64,000 nt of DNA from Eledone cirrhosa (GCA_964016885.1 OZ024764.1:12834001-12898000); one strand, 5' to 3'. Positions 1 to 14,672 are shown, counted from the stretch's first letter. Numbers and translations are program-made. Notes: generated by a model not told the origin, from the sequence alone.

Positions 1-59
1 CTGCTGCTAGTGCTGGTAGTGGTGCTGGTGGTAGTGGTGAAGGTAGTGATGTGATGGTG

Positions 60-470
60 GTGTACTATACTGTACATTGGCTAATGTAGTCCTAGATACA
101 CTATGTCTCAATATAAGCTTGGATGGTCACAGTTGGAACATCTTTGATCATAGGTCTACTGGATCAGGACTGACCTAGGGCTAAACAACAACTATAGCCA
201 CTAATACTAACTACTGTACTGTACATTAGATAATGTAGTCCTAGATATACTATGGTCACAGTTGGAACATCTTTGATCATAGGTCTACTGGATCAGGACT
301 GACCTAGGGTTAAACAACAACCATAGCCACTAATACTGTACATTAGATAATGTAGTCCGAGATACACTATGGTCACAGCTGGAACATCTTTGATCATAGG
401 GCTGACGAATCAGATCTGACCCGGGGCTAAACAACAACAACAACAGCAACAGCAACAGCAACAATAAAAA
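60..470 (+). repeat. Three tandem copies of a ~120-150 bp unit ending in a (CAA)n tail, probably a retroposon 3' end
   Basis: Repeated ctgtacattagataatgtagtcc...gatcaggactgacctagg motif. Confidence 0.7.
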
Positions 471-1012
471 CAGCCCTGGAAACAAGCCCCACCACACCTA
501 CATACACACACATACCAATTTCATCAACAACCCCTAAAATGTAATTTAAAAAAACAACAACCCAAAACAGGTCCATGAGAGGTGAGGGAGAAGATTACAT
601 GAGGTCATTAGAAAAAAAAAAAATGTTTCTTTTATAATAATTTTCAATAAAAGCAACACCTCGGCATCCGTCAGCACCCCTCACACAAACACATAAACCC
701 TTTATGTCCCCTGAACCTCCACCCTGGCCTTAACACTTGCATACTTCACAAAGAATTCATTATGACACATGGTACTACTGAGTTCCATTACCGATATGAT
801 TCATCAATGAAATAAATCAATTACCACTTTGATGCCAAGCTGGTCCCAAACCAGCTCAGGTTCTAGCAAACAAACCCTCCCATTTTTAAGGGTTTCTATC
901 TCGGTTACTGTCCCCCCCAACATCATTTTATATAAAAACCAACCATCACTTAGTAATGAAAGGATTTTTGTAAATTCATCATCTGTTTTTATGAAATAAA
1001 ACCATGTTTTAA

Positions 1013-1451
1013 CCCTTTAGCATTTAAACTGGCCATATCTGGCCAGAATTCTCTCACCTCTTTCTGTTCAAACTGGACATAATTGGCCATTCATACTGAT
1101 GTTAAGGTATTGTTCTCAAAATAAATAATATCAAAATCTCATAGATTCGATATTTTGTGAGATAATTATGTGAGGTAAAATCCTTTATTGTGAAAATACA
1201 ATAGTATATATAGAGTAATGTAAATGTTATGTGAGATATTATGTGAGGTAAAGCCTTTACTGTGAAAATACAATAGTATATATAGAGTAATGTAAATGTT
1301 ATGTGAGATATTATGTGAGATAAAATCCTTTATTGTGAAAATACAATAGTATATATAGAGTAATGTAAATATTATATGAGATATTATGTGAGGTAAAGCC
1401 TTTACCATGAAAATATAACAATATATATAGAGTAATTCAAATCCTAAAGGG
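1013..1451 (-). mobile_element. piggyBac-like MITE, copy 1
   Basis: TTAA|CCCTTTAG ... CTAAAGGG|TTAA termini, with an internal ~75-bp repeat shared with the other copies. Confidence 0.8.
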
Positions 1452-1694
1452 TTAAAGGGTTCCTATCTAGATTAATGTCTTCCAACATAATTTTATATAT
1501 AATATAATGAAAAATATTGTGTACAGTGCTCAGGTGCACTACAACTCATGAAAGGTGCATGTATAGTACATAGAATAATGTACAAATGTCAGGAAAAACT
1601 AACAATATGTTAAGTTAGTATCTTAGTATTGAAATGGTTTTAAAGGGTTCCTATTTCAGTTAATATCTTATAACATACCTTTATATAAAAATCA

Positions 1695-2258
1695 GATCTT
1701 TGGAGTAACATTACTCGATAGAGTGCATAGCTCCTAGATCAGAGAGTCCCTCCACGTAGAACTGCTACTTCTCCAAATTGAGAGATCACAACTCCGATAC
1801 TACAGACATGTGGTTAGAATGTCTCAGGAAAGAATCTGAATTCAGAGATCACAGCTCTGATACTACAGACATGCGGTTAGAATGTCTCAGGAAAGAATCT
1901 CTGAATTGAGAGATCACAGCTCTGATACTACGGACATGTGGTTAGAATGTCTCAGGAAAGAATCTCTGAATTGAGAGATCACAGCTCTGATACTACAGAC
2001 ATGTGGTTAGAATGTCTCAGGAAAGAATCTCTGAATTGAGAGATCACAGCTCTGATACTACAGACATGTGGTTAGAATGTCTGAGGAAAGAATCTCTAAA
2101 TTGAGAGATCTCAGCTCTAATACTACAGACATGCGGTTAGAATGTCTCAGGAAAGAATCTCTAAATTGAGAGATCACAGCTCTGATACTACAGACATGCG
2201 GTTAGAATGTCTCAGGAAAGAATCTCTAAATTGAGAGATCTCAGCTCTAATACTATGG
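1695..2258 (+). mobile_element. RTE-clade LINE C-terminal fragment with a 60-bp segment amplified about 8 times
   Basis: Translates as IFGVTLLDRVHSS*IRESLHVELLLLQIERSQLRYYRHVVRMSQERI, the RTE 'LRWxGHVxRM' region. Confidence 0.8.
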
Positions 2259-2270
2259 ACAGAGAGGTAT

Positions 2271-2313
2271 ACAGTCCTGATGAAGGGAAATAACACAGAA
2301 ACATGTTGATTGT
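2271..2313 (+). ncRNA. Minimal type-I hammerhead ribozyme motif with degenerate stem II
   Basis: ACAGTC-CTGATGA-agggaaataacaca-GAAA-CATG-TT-GATTGT. Stem I ACAGUC/GAUUGU; palindromic stem III ACAUGU. Confidence 0.55.
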
Positions 2314-2394
2314 CCCTCAATGCCTGTGCTGAACAAACGGATGACGATAGTCATCAAAAACAAAACATAGCAGAATGAGGCCATTTGCTTGCAC

Positions 2395-4594
2395 AGAATC
2401 AGTAGAGCATCAGACACCATGCTTTGCCGCATAGTGTTATGGCCCTTTACGTTCTGAGTTCAAATCCCGCCGAAGTTAGCTTTGCCTTTCATCTTTACAG
2501 GGTCGATAAAATAAAGTACCAGTAATACACTGGTATAATTGCTGGCCTTGTGCCCAAAGTAGAAACAATTCTTATTATTATTCTAAGTATAAGGTGGTGG
2601 ATTGACAGTATCTGTAGCACATCAGACACCATGCTTTATGGCATATAGTTATGGCCCATTACGTTAAGAGTTTAGATTATGCCGAAGTTAACTTTGCCTT
2701 TCATCCTTACGGGGTCGATAAAATAAAGTACCAGTAATGTACTGGGTAATTGCTGGCCTTGTGCCAAATGTAGAAACAATTATTATTCGAAATAATTAAT
2801 AGTCTTAGTAAATCCTTAAAAATTCTTCATTAACCCTTTTGATTCCAAGCCAGTCAAAACTAGCTTAGGTTTGATATAAAGACCATACATTACATTAATC
2901 TAATATCTTAATAATGAAATAATGAAATAAGGAGTTTAGTAATTCATCATATGGTCCTATGAAACAAAACTAAGCATTTCAGAGGGTTCCTATTTAAATT
3001 AAGATCTAATTTTGTTTGATATAAAAAGCCACCATTATGTGAAATTAATATCTTAATGAAATAATTAATAATTTAGTAAATACATTGTCTGGGTCTATGA
3101 AATGAAATTGTTTACTACAAAAGGTTTCTATTTAAATTAAAACATTCCATCATAATTTCATAGAAGAACCATATGTGAAGTTAATATCTTAGTAATGAAA
3201 TAATAATTTTAGTAAATCCCTCAAATTTTTTCATTAACTCAGCCAAAACTAGTTCAGGTTCTATGAAATAAAATCATACATCTTAAAGGGTTCTATTTAA
3301 ATTAAAATCTCCCAACATTATTTCATAGAAGAACCATACAATAAGTTAATATCTTAGTAATGAAATAATCTCTCAAATTTCTTCATTAGCCCACCCAAAA
3401 CTAGTTCAGATTCTATGAAATAAAATCATCCATTTTAAAGGTTTCCAATTTAAATTAAAATCTTCCAACATTATTTTATATCCCTTGCCATTCTGAGTTC
3501 AAATCCCGCTGAGGTTAACTTTGCCTTTCATCCTTACGAGGTCAATAAAATAAAGTACCAGTAATACACTGGGTATTTGCTGGCCTTGTGCCAAAAGTAG
3601 AAACAATTAATTTACTATCTTACCAACCCAGCCAAAACCAGCTCTGGTTCTATGAAATAAAACCATCCATGTTATGAGATTCCAATTTAAATTAAAATCT
3701 TCCAACACAATTTTATATAAGAACATATCATAAGATAGGTGACTATAGTAATGAAATAATTAATAATTTTAGTAAATTTTATATAAGAACATATAAGATA
3801 GGTTACTTACTACTCTGGTAATGAAATAATTAATAATTTTAGTAAATTTTATATAAGAACATATCATAAGATAGGTTACTATAGTAATGAAATAATTAAT
3901 AACTTTAGTAAATTTTACATAAGAACATATAAGATAGGTTACTACTCTGGTAATGAAATAATTAATGACTTTAGTAAATTTTATATAAGAACATATAAGA
4001 TAGGTTACTTACTACTCTAATAATGAAATAATTAATAATTTTAGTAAATACTTCATTAAAATTCTTCATGAGCAAATATAAAGTGTATTTCATTAGAAAC
4101 ATGACCCTGACAGCGTTAAACGAGAGAGAGCTCTCTACATAGCTCCTTAGACTAGATGTTGCTTGAATGCATGAATGGTCCAGGAACTCTTGAGGGAGTC
4201 TTAGGGGTGCCATATAAATATACGGCGTATGTAGGGCATTCTAAAACCTGGTGGAGCCCATCGCTTCTCCAGGTCGGAATACAGCAGATTTCTTTCCAGA
4301 GAGGGATATAGCGAGAAAGGAAATGAGAATACAGAGCAAGGACAGACCCACAGTGCATGACTGGTACATTTTTTATCGACTTAATAATAATAATAATAAT
4401 AATAATAATTGTTTCTACTTTTGGCACAAGGCCAGCAATTACCCAGTACATTACTGGTACTTTATTTTATCGACCCCGTAAGCATGAAAGGCAAAGTTAA
4501 CCTCGGCGGGATTTGAACACAGACCGTAAAGGGACGTAACTATGCTGGAAAGCATGGCGTCCGACTCTCTACTGATACTGCCAATCCACCGCCC

Positions 4595-4625
<31 letters not shown>

Positions 4626-4845
4626 GCTTCTGATTTAGGCACAAAACCAATAATTTTTTTTAGGGGGGCGGGGGGGTTAAATTGACCCCAGTGCATTACT
4701 GGTACTTTATTTTATCGACCCCGTAAGGATGAAAGGCAAAGTTAACCTCGGCGGGATTTGAACTCAGACTGTAAAGGGACGAAACTCTATACCACAAAGC
4801 ATGGTGTCCGACGCTCTACCGATTAATGATTACTGCCACCCAGCA
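2395..4845. mobile_element. Cluster of tRNA-derived SINE family 1 copies (2395-2790 +, 3483-3610 +, 4405-4845 -)
   Basis: B-box gagttcaaatcc, conserved body tttgcctttcatccttacggggtcgataaaataaagtaccag, (ATT)n tails. Confidence 0.85.
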
Positions 4846-4935
4846 ATAATAATCTTGACAAACAAACCAACAAACACAAATGACCATAAAAGGAGAGAAA
4901 AAAAAAACAAAAACAAACTCCATTACTCCATTAAG

Positions 4936-7900
4936 AACAGTGTATACGGTAGTGGTAGTGGTACAACAACAGTGTATACGGTAGTGGTAGTGGTACAACA
5001 GCAGTGTATACGGTAGTGGTAGTGGTACAACAACAGTGTATACGGTAGTGGTAGTGGTACAACAGCAGTGTATACGGTAGTGGTAGAACAGCAGTGTATA
5101 CGGTAGTGGTAGTGGTACAACAGCAGTGTATACGGTAGTGGTAGTGGTACAACAGCAGTGTATACGGTAGTGGTAGTGGTACAACAGCAGTGTATACGGT
5201 AGTGGTAGTGGTACAACAGCAGTGTATACGGTAGTGGTAGTGGTACAACAACAGTGTATGCGGTAGTGGTAGTGGTACAACAACAGTGTATACGGTAGTG
5301 GTAGTGGTACAACAACAGTGTATGCGGTAGTGGTAGTGGTACAACAGCAGTGTATACGGTAGTGGTAGTGGTACAACAGCAGTGTATACGGTAGTGGTAG
5401 AACAGCAGTGTATACGGTAGTGGTAGTGGTACAACAGCAGTGTATACGGTAGTGGTAGTGGTACAACAGCAGTGTATACGGTAGTGGTAGTGGTACAACA
5501 GCAGTGTATACGGTAGTGGTAGTGGTACAACAACAGTGTATACGGTAGTGGTAGTGGTACAACAGCAGTGTATACGGTAGTGGTAGTGGTACAACAGCAG
5601 TGTATACGGTAGTGGTAGAACAGCAGTGTATACGGTAGTGGTAGTGGTACAACAGCAGTGTATACGGTAGTGGTAGTGGTACAACAGCAGTGTATACGGT
5701 AGTGGTAGTGGTACAGCAGCAGTGTATACGGTAGTGGTAGTGGTACAACAGCAGTGTATACGGTAGTGGTAGTGGTACAACAGCAGTGTATACGGTAGTG
5801 GTAGTGGTACAGCAGCAGTGTATACGGTAGTGGTAGTGGTACAACAGCAGTGTATACGGTAGTGGTAGTGGTACAACAACAGTGTATACGGTAGTGGTAG
5901 TGGTACAACAGCAGTGTATACGGTAGTGGTAGTGGTACAACAACAGTGTATACGGTAGTGGTAGTGGTACAACAACAGTGTATACGGTAGTGGTAGTGGT
6001 ACAACAGCAGTGTATACGGTAGTGGTAGTGGTACAACAGCAGTGTATACGGTAGTGGTAGTGGTACAACAACAGTGTATACGGTAGTGGTAGTGGTACAA
6101 CAACAGTGTATGTGGTAGTGGTACAACAGCAGTGTATACGGTAGTGGTAGTGGTACAACAGCAGTGTATGTGGTAGTGGTACAACAGCAGTGTATACGGT
6201 AGTGGTAGTGGTACAACAGTGTATACGGTAGTGGTACAACAGCAGTGTATACGGTAGTGGTAGTGGTACAACAACAGTGTATGTGGTAGTGGTACAACAG
6301 CAGTGTATACAGTAGTGGTAGTGGTACAACAGCAGTGTATACAGTAGTGGTAGTGGTACAACAGCAGTGTATACGGTAGTGGTAGTGGTACAACAACAGT
6401 GTATGTGGTAGTGGTACAACAGCAGTGTATACGGTAGTGGTAGTGGTACAACAGCAGTGTATGTGGTAGTGGTACAACAGCAGTGTATACGGTAGTGGTA
6501 GTGGTACAACAACAGTGTATACGGTAGTGGTAGTGGTACAACAGCAGTGTATGTGGTAGTGGTACAACAACAGTGTATACGGTAGTGGTAGTGGTACAAC
6601 AGCAGTGTATACGGTAGTGGTAGTGGTACAACAACAGTGTATACGGTAGTGGTAGTGGTACAACAGCAGTGTATACGGTAGTGGTAGTGGTAGAACAGCA
6701 GTGTATACGGTAGTGGTAGTGGTACAACAACAGTGTGTACGGTAGTGGTAGTGGTACAACAGCAGTGTATACGGTAGTGGTAGTGGTACAACAACAGTGT
6801 ATACGGTAGTGGTAGTGGTACAACAGCAGTGTATGTGGTAGTGGTACAACAACAGTGTATACGGTAGTGGTAGTGGTACAACAGCAGTGTATACGGTAGT
6901 GGTAGTGGTACAACAACAGTGTATACGGTAGTGGTAGTGGTACAACAACAGTGTATACGGTAGTGGTAGTGGTACAACAACAGTGTATACGGTAGTGGTA
7001 GTGGTACAACAGCAGTGTATACGGTAGTGGTAGTGGTACAACACCAGTGTATACGGTAGTGGTACAACAGCAGTGTATACGGTAGTGGTAGTGGTACAAC
7101 AACAGTGTATACGGTAGTGGTAGTGGTACAACAGCAGTGTATACGGTAGTGGTAGTGGTACAACAGCAGTGTATGTGGTAGTGGTACAACAGCAGTGTAT
7201 GTGGTAGTGGTACAACAACAGTGTATACGGTAGTGGTAGTGGTACAACAGCAGTGTATACGGTAGTGGTAGTGGTACAACAACAGTGTATACGGTAGTGG
7301 TAGTGGTACAACAGCAGTGTATACGGTAGTGGTAGTGGTACAACAGCAGTGTATGTGGTAGTGGTACAACAACAGTGTATACGGTAGTGGTAGTGGTACA
7401 ACAGCAGTGTATACGGTAGTGGTAGTGGTACAACAGCAGTGTATACGGTAGTGGTAGTGGTACAACAGCAGTGTATACGGTAGTGGTAGTGGTACAACAA
7501 CAGTGTATACGGTAGTGGTAGTGGTACAACAGCAGTGTATACGGTAGTGGTAGTGGTACAACAGCAGTGTATGTGGTAGTGGTACAACAACAGTGTATAC
7601 GGTAGTGGTAGTGGTACAACAACAGTGTATACGGTAGTGGTAGTGGTACAACAACAGTGTATACGGTAGTGGTAGTGGTACAACAGCAGTGTATACGGTA
7701 GTGGTAGTGGTACAACAGCAGTGTATACGGTAGTGGTAGTGGTAGTGGTACAACAACAGTGTATACGGTAGTGGTAGTGGTACAACAACAGTGTATACGG
7801 TAGTGGTAGTGGTACAACAGCAGTGTATACGGTAGTGGTAGTGGTACAACAGCAGTGTATGTGGTAGTGGTACAACAACAGTGTATACGGTTGTGGTAGT

Positions 7901-10900
7901 GGTACAACAGCAGTGTATACGGTAGTGGTAGTGGTACAACAACAGTGTATACGGTAGTGGTAGTGGTACAACAGCAGTGTATGTGGTAGTGGTACAACAA
8001 CAGTGTATACGGTAGTGGTAGTGGTACAACAGCAGTGTATACGGTAGTGGTAGTGGTACAACAACAGTGTATACGGTAGTGGTAGTGGTACAACAACAGT
8101 GTATACGGTAGTGGTAGTGGTACAACAGCAGTGTATACGGTAGTGGTAGTGGTAGTGGTACAACAACAGTGTATGTGGTAGTGGTACAACAGCAGTGTAT
8201 ACGGTAGTGGTAGTGGTACAACAACAGTGTATACGGTAGTGGTAGTGGTACAACAACAGTGTATGTGGTAGTGGTACAACAGCAGTGTATACGGTAGTGG
8301 TAGTGGTACAACAACAGTGTATACGGTAGTGGTAGTGGTACAACAACAGTGTATACGGTAGTGGTAGTGGTACAACAGCAGTGTATACGGTAGTGGTAGT
8401 GGTACAACAGCAGTGTATACGGTAGTGGTAGTGGTACAACAGCAGTGTATACGGTAGTGGTAGTGGTACAACAACAGTGTATACGGTAGTGGTAGTGGTA
8501 CAACAACAGTGTATACGGTAGTGGTAGTGGTACAACAGCAGTGTATACGGTAGTGGTAGTGGTACAACAACAGTGTATACGGTAGTGGTAGTGGTACAAC
8601 AACAGTGTATACGGTAGTGGTAGTGGTACAACAGCAGTGTATACGGTAGTGGTAGTGGTACAACAACAGTGTATACGGTAGTGGTAGTGGTACAACAACA
8701 GTGTATACGGTAGTGGTAGTGGTACAACAACAGTGTATACGGTAGTGGTAGTGGTACAACAACAGTGTATACGGTAGTGGTAGTGGTACAACAACAGTGT
8801 ATACGGTAGTGGTAGTGGTACAACAACAGTGTATGTGGTAGTGGTAGTGGTACAACAGCAGTGTATACGGTAGTGGTAGTGGTACAACAACAGTGTATGT
8901 GGTAGTGGTACAACAGCAGTGTATACGGTAGTGGTAGTGGTACAACAGCAGTGTATACGGTAGTGGTAGTGGTACAACAACAGTGTATACGGTAGTGGTA
9001 GTGGTACAACAACAGTGTATGTGGTAGTGGTACAACAGCAGTGTATACGGTAGTGGTAGTGGTACAACAACAGTGTATGTGGTAGTGGTACAACAGCAGT
9101 GTATACGGTAGTGGTAGTGGTACAACAGCAGTGTATACGGTAGTGGTAGTGGTACAACAGCAGTGTATACGGTAGTGGTAGTGGTACAACAACAGTGTAT
9201 GTGGTAGTGGTACAACAGCAGTGTATACGGTAGTGGTAGTGGTACAACAGCAGTGTATACGGTAGTGGTAGTGGTACAACAACAGTGTATACGGTAGTGG
9301 TAGTGGTACAACAACAGTGTATACGGTAGTGGTAGTGGTACAACAGCAGTGTATACGGTAGTGGTAGTGGTACAACAGCAGTGTATACGGTAGTGGTAGT
9401 GGTACAACAACAGTGTATACGGTAGTGGTAGTGGTACAACAGCAGTGTATGTGGTAGTGGTACAACAGCAGTGTATACGGTAGTGGTAGTGGTACAACAA
9501 CAGTGTATACGGTAGTGGTAGTGGTACAACAACAGTGTATGTGGTAGTGGTACAACAGCAGTGTATACGGTAGTGGTAGTGGTACAACAACAGTGTATGT
9601 GGTAGTGGTACAACAGCAGTGTATACGGTAGTGGTAGTGGTACAACAACAGTGTATACGGTAGTGGTAGTGGTACAACAGCAGTGTATACGGTAGTGGTA
9701 GTGGTACAACAACAGTGTATACGGTAGTGGTAGTGGTACAACAACAGTGTATACGGTAGTGGTAGTGGTACAACAGCAGTGTATACGGTAGTGGTAGTGG
9801 TACAACAACAGTGTATACGGTAGTGGTAGTGGTACAACAACAGTGTATACGGTAGTGGTAGTGGTACAACAGCAGTGTATACGGTAGTGGTAGTGGTACA
9901 ACAACAGTGTATACGGTAGTGGTAGTGGTACAACAACAGTGTATACGGTAGTGGTAGTGGTACAACAACAGTGTATACGGTAGTGGTAGTGGTACAACAA
10001 CAGTGTATACGGTAGTGGTAGTGGTACAACAACAGTGTATGTGGTAGTGGTACAACAACAGTGTATACGGTAGTGGTAGTGGTACAACAACAGTGTATGT
10101 GGTAGTGGTACAACAGCAGTGTATACGGTAGTGGTAGTGGTACAACAACAGTGTATACGGTAGTGGTAGTGGTACAACAGCAGTGTATACGGTAGTGGTA
10201 GTGGTACAACAACAGTGTATGTGGTAGTGGTACAACAACAGTGTATACGGTAGTGGTAGTGGTACAACAGCAGTGTATACGGTAGTGGTAGTGGTACAAC
10301 AACAGTGTATACGGTAGTGGTAGTGGTACAACAACAGTGTATGTGGTAGTGGTACAACAGCAGTGTATACGGTAGTGGTAGTGGTACAACAGCAGTGTAT
10401 ACGGTAGTGGTAGTGGTACAACAGCAGTGTATACGGTAGTGGTAGTGGTACAACAACAGTGTATACGGTAGTGGTAGTGGTACAACAACAGTGTATACGG
10501 TAGTGGTAGTGGTACAACAACAGTGTATGTGGTAGTGGTACAACAGCAGTGTATACGGTAGTGGTAGTGGTACAACAACAGTGTATACGGTAGTGGTAGT
10601 GGTACAACAGCAGTGTATACGGTAGTGGTAGTGGTACAACAACAGTGTATGTGGTAGTGGTACAACAACAGTGTATACGGTAGTGGTAGTGGTACAACAG
10701 CAGTGTATACGGTAGTGGTAGTGGTACAACAACAGTGTATACGGTAGTGGTAGTGGTACAACAACAGTGTATGTGGTAGTGGTACAACAGCAGTGTATAC
10801 GGTAGTGGTAGTGGTACAACAACAGTGTATGTGGTAGTGGTACAACAGCAGTGTATACGGTAGTGGTAGTGGTAGTGGTACAACAACAGTGTATGTGGTA

Positions 10901-13075
10901 GTGGTACAACAGCAGTGTATACGGTAGTGGTAGTGGTACAACAGCAGTGTATACGGTAGTGGTAGTGGTACAACAACAGTGTATGTGGTAGTGGTACAAC
11001 AGCAGTGTATACGGTAGTGGTAGTGGTACAACAGCAGTGTATACGGTAGTGGTAGTGGTACAACAGCAGTGTATACGGTAGTGGTAGTGGTACAACAACA
11101 GTGTATGTGGTAGTGGTAGTGGTACAACAGCAGTGTATACGGTAGTGGTAGTGGTACAACAGCAGTGTATACGGTAGTGGTAGTGGTACAACAACAGTGT
11201 ATACGGTAGTGGTAGTGGTACAACAACAGTGTATACGGTAGTGGTAGTGGTACAACAGCAGTGTATACGGTAGTGGTAGTGGTACAACAGCAGTGTATAC
11301 GGTAGTGGTAGTGGTACAACAGCAGTGTATACGGTAGTGGTAGTGGTACAACAGCAGTGTATACGGTAGTGGTAGTGGTACAACAACAGTGTATACGGTA
11401 GTGGTAGTGGTACAACAACAGTGTATACGGTAGTGGTAGTGGTACAACAACAGTGTATACGGTAGTGGTACAACAACAGTGTATACGGTAGTGGTAGTGG
11501 TACAACAGCAGTGTATACGGTAGTGGTAGTGGTACAACAGCAGTGTATACGGTAGTGGTAGTGGTACAACAACAGTGTATACGGTAGTGGTAGTGGTACA
11601 ACAGCAGTGTATACGGTAGTGGTAGTGGTAGTGGTACAACAGCAGTGTATACGGTAGTGGTAGTGGTACAACAGCAGTGTATACGGTAGTGGTAGTGGTA
11701 CAACAACAGTGTATACGGTAGTGGTAGTGGTACAACAACAGTGTATACGGTAGTGGTAGTGGTACAACAGCAGTGTATACGGTAGTGGTAGTGGTACAAC
11801 AGCAGTGTATACGGTAGTGGTAGTGGTACAACAACAGTGTATACGGTAGTGGTAGTGGTACAACAACAGTGTATACGGTAGTGGTAGTGGTACAACAACA
11901 GTGTATACGGTAGTGGTAGTGGTACAACAACAGTGTATACGGTAGTGGTAGTGGTACAACAGCAGTGTATACGGTAGTGGTAGTGGTACAACAGCAGTGT
12001 ATACGGTAGTGGTAGTGGTACAACAGCAGTGTATGTGGTAGTGGTACAACAACAGTGTATACGGTAGTGGTACAACAACAGTGTATACGGTAGTGGTACA
12101 ACAGCAGTGTATACGGTAGTGGTAGTGGTACAACAGCAGTGTATACGGTAGTGGTAGTGGTACAACAGCAGTGTATACGGTAGTGGTAGTGGTACAACAA
12201 CAGTGTATACGGTAGTGGTAGTGGTACAACAGCAGTGTATACGGTAGTGGTAGTGGTACAACAGCAGTGTATACGGTAGTGGTAGTGGTACAACAGCAGT
12301 GTATACGGTAGTGGTAGTGGTACAACAACAGTGTATACGGTAGTGGTAGTGGTACAACAACAGTGTATACGGTAGTGGTAGTGGTACAACAGCAGTGTAT
12401 ACGGTAGTGGTAGTGGTACAACAACAGTGTATACGGTAGTGGTAGTGGTACAACAACAGTGTATGTGGTAGTGGTACAACAACAGTGTATACGGTAGTGG
12501 TAGTGGTACAACAACAGTGTATACGGTAGTGGTAGTGGTACAACATCAGTGTATACGGTAGTGGTAGTGGTACAACAGCAGTGTATACGGTAGTGGTAGT
12601 GGTACAACAACAGTGTATACGGTAGTGGTAGTGGTACAACAGCAGTGTATACGGTAGTGGTAGTGGTACAACAACAGTGTATACGGTAGTGGTAGTGGTA
12701 CAACAGCAGTGTATACGGTAGTGGTAGTGGTACAACAGCAGTGTATATGGTAGTGGTACAACAGCAGTGTATATGGTAGTGGTAGTGGTACAACAGCAGT
12801 GTATACGGTAGTGGTAGTGGTACAACAGCAGTGTATATGGTAGTGGTACAACAGCAGTGTATATGGTAGTGGTAGTGGTACAACAGCAGTGTATACGGTA
12901 GTGGTAGTGGTACAACAGCAGTGTATACGGTAGTGGTAGTGGTACAACAGCAGTGTATATGGTAGTGGTACAACAGCAGTGTATATGGTAGTGGTAGTGG
13001 TACAACAGCAGTGTATACGGTAGTGGTAGTGGTACAACAGCAGTGTATACGGTAGTGGTAGTGGTACAACAACAG
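4936..13075. repeat. Minisatellite, 32-bp unit CA(A/G)CAGTGTATACGGTAGTGGTAGTGGTACAA, roughly 260 copies
   Basis: Directly visible tandem array with interspersed 26-bp and 38-bp variants. Confidence 0.99.
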
Positions 13076-13260
13076 CAATAACAACAGCAACGAAATATTG
13101 CATGTTAGTGCAAAGGGCTGGGCTGAGAAGGAGGTGGAGGAGGTGGTGTGTAATGTCGGGTGGGGGTGACGGGGCGGGGGGTGAGGGTGCATGAGCCGCA
13201 GCTGGTTTTTAGTTGCATCACTAATTAACGAGAGGGAGAGACTTGGGGATGAAGTGTATG

Positions 13261-14672
13261 GGTGGTGGTGGTTGTGGTGGTTGTAGTGGTGGTGGTGGTG
13301 GTAGTGGCGGGGGTGGTGGTAGTGGTGGTGGTGGTGGTGGTGGTAGTGGTGGTAGTAGTGGTGGTGGTGGTGGTGGTTGTAGTGGTGGTGGTGGTGGTGG
13401 TAGTGGCGGGGGTGGTGGTGGTGGTAGTGGTGGTGGTGGTGGTGGTGGTGGTAGTGGTGGTAGTAGTGGTGGTGGTGGTGGTGGTTGTAGTGGTGGTGGT
13501 GGTGGTGGTTGTAGTGGTGGTGGTGGTGGTGGTAGTGGTGGTGGTGGTGGTGGTGGTAGTGGTGGTAGTAGTGGTGGTGGTGGTGGTAATGGTAGTGGTA
13601 GTGGTGGTGCTGGTAGTGGTGGTGGTGGTGGTAATGGTGGTGGTGGTGGTGGTGGTGGTGGTAATGGTGGTGGTGGTGGTGGTGGTGGTAATGGTAGTGG
13701 TGGTGGTGGTGGTGGAGATGTTGGTGGTGATGGTGGTGGTAGTGGTGGTGGTGGTAGTCGTGGTAGTGGTGGTGGTAGTGGGGGTGGTAGTAGTGGTGGT
13801 GGTGGTGGTGGTGGTGGTGGTAATGGCAGTGGTAGTGGTGGTGCTGGTAGTGGTGGTGGTGGTGGTAATGGTAGTGGTGGTGGTGGAGATGTTGGTGGTG
13901 ATGATGGTGGTGATGATGGTGGCGGTGGTAGTAGTGGTGAAGTTGTGTAGTAGTGAGTGGTGGTGGTAGTGGTGGTGGTAGTGAGTAAGTATAAGGATGG
14001 TGGTGGTGGTGGTGGTGGCATTGATGGTGGGGGTGTTGTTGGTAGTGTTGGTTATAGTGGTGTGTGGTAGTGTGTGGTGGTGTGTGTTGATGGTTGAGCT
14101 AATGGTTTGTTGTGGAATGGTTGCAGCAGTGGTGGTGGTGGTGGTGGTGTAGCGGAAGTGTGAGGTGTCTTGTTGACATAGCGATGTCACACTTCTTACC
14201 CCCTCTTTCCCTACACCACCCCCACCTCAGTAGAAGTGTTGTGTCACCCCCCACCCCCACCATCATCACCACCACCACCACTACTACTGCCATACCATCC
14301 TCACCACCACCACCACAGACCACACGTCAGCACCACCACTAAAGCCATCATCATCATCATCGACTGTCAACACTGCTACTACTACCACCACCACCACCAC
14401 CACCACCATACCACCTCCATCACACCACACATACCAACATCACCACACCCCCACCACAACGACAACGACCACCACCACTACCATTACACACAACTATCAC
14501 TACCACCACCAGCACCACACCACCGACACCACCACCACACACTACCACCACACCCCCACCACCACCACTACCACACACTACCACCAATACTACAGTTGCC
14601 ATCATCACCACGCATACCAAAACCACCATTACTACACACCATTAGACACAACCACCACCACCACCACTACCA
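13261..14672. repeat. (GGT)n-rich tract followed by an opposing (CCA)n-rich tract
   Basis: Low-complexity trinucleotide repeats flanking a short unique core at about 14150-14215. Confidence 0.95.

Noticed and set aside
4936-13075. CRISPR-like array (32-bp repeat)
   Set aside because: Units are contiguous with no unique spacers, there are no cas genes, and the context is eukaryotic.
4816-13192. Three 2500-2750 aa ORFs on the minus strand
   Set aside because: All three frames give the same periodic peptide because the 32-bp unit lacks stops on that strand; there are no unique domains.
13221-14190. Gly-, Pro-, Thr- or Val-rich ORFs (also 46-47 kb, 50-51 kb, 55-56 kb)
   Set aside because: Trinucleotide low-complexity DNA with no splice or homology support.
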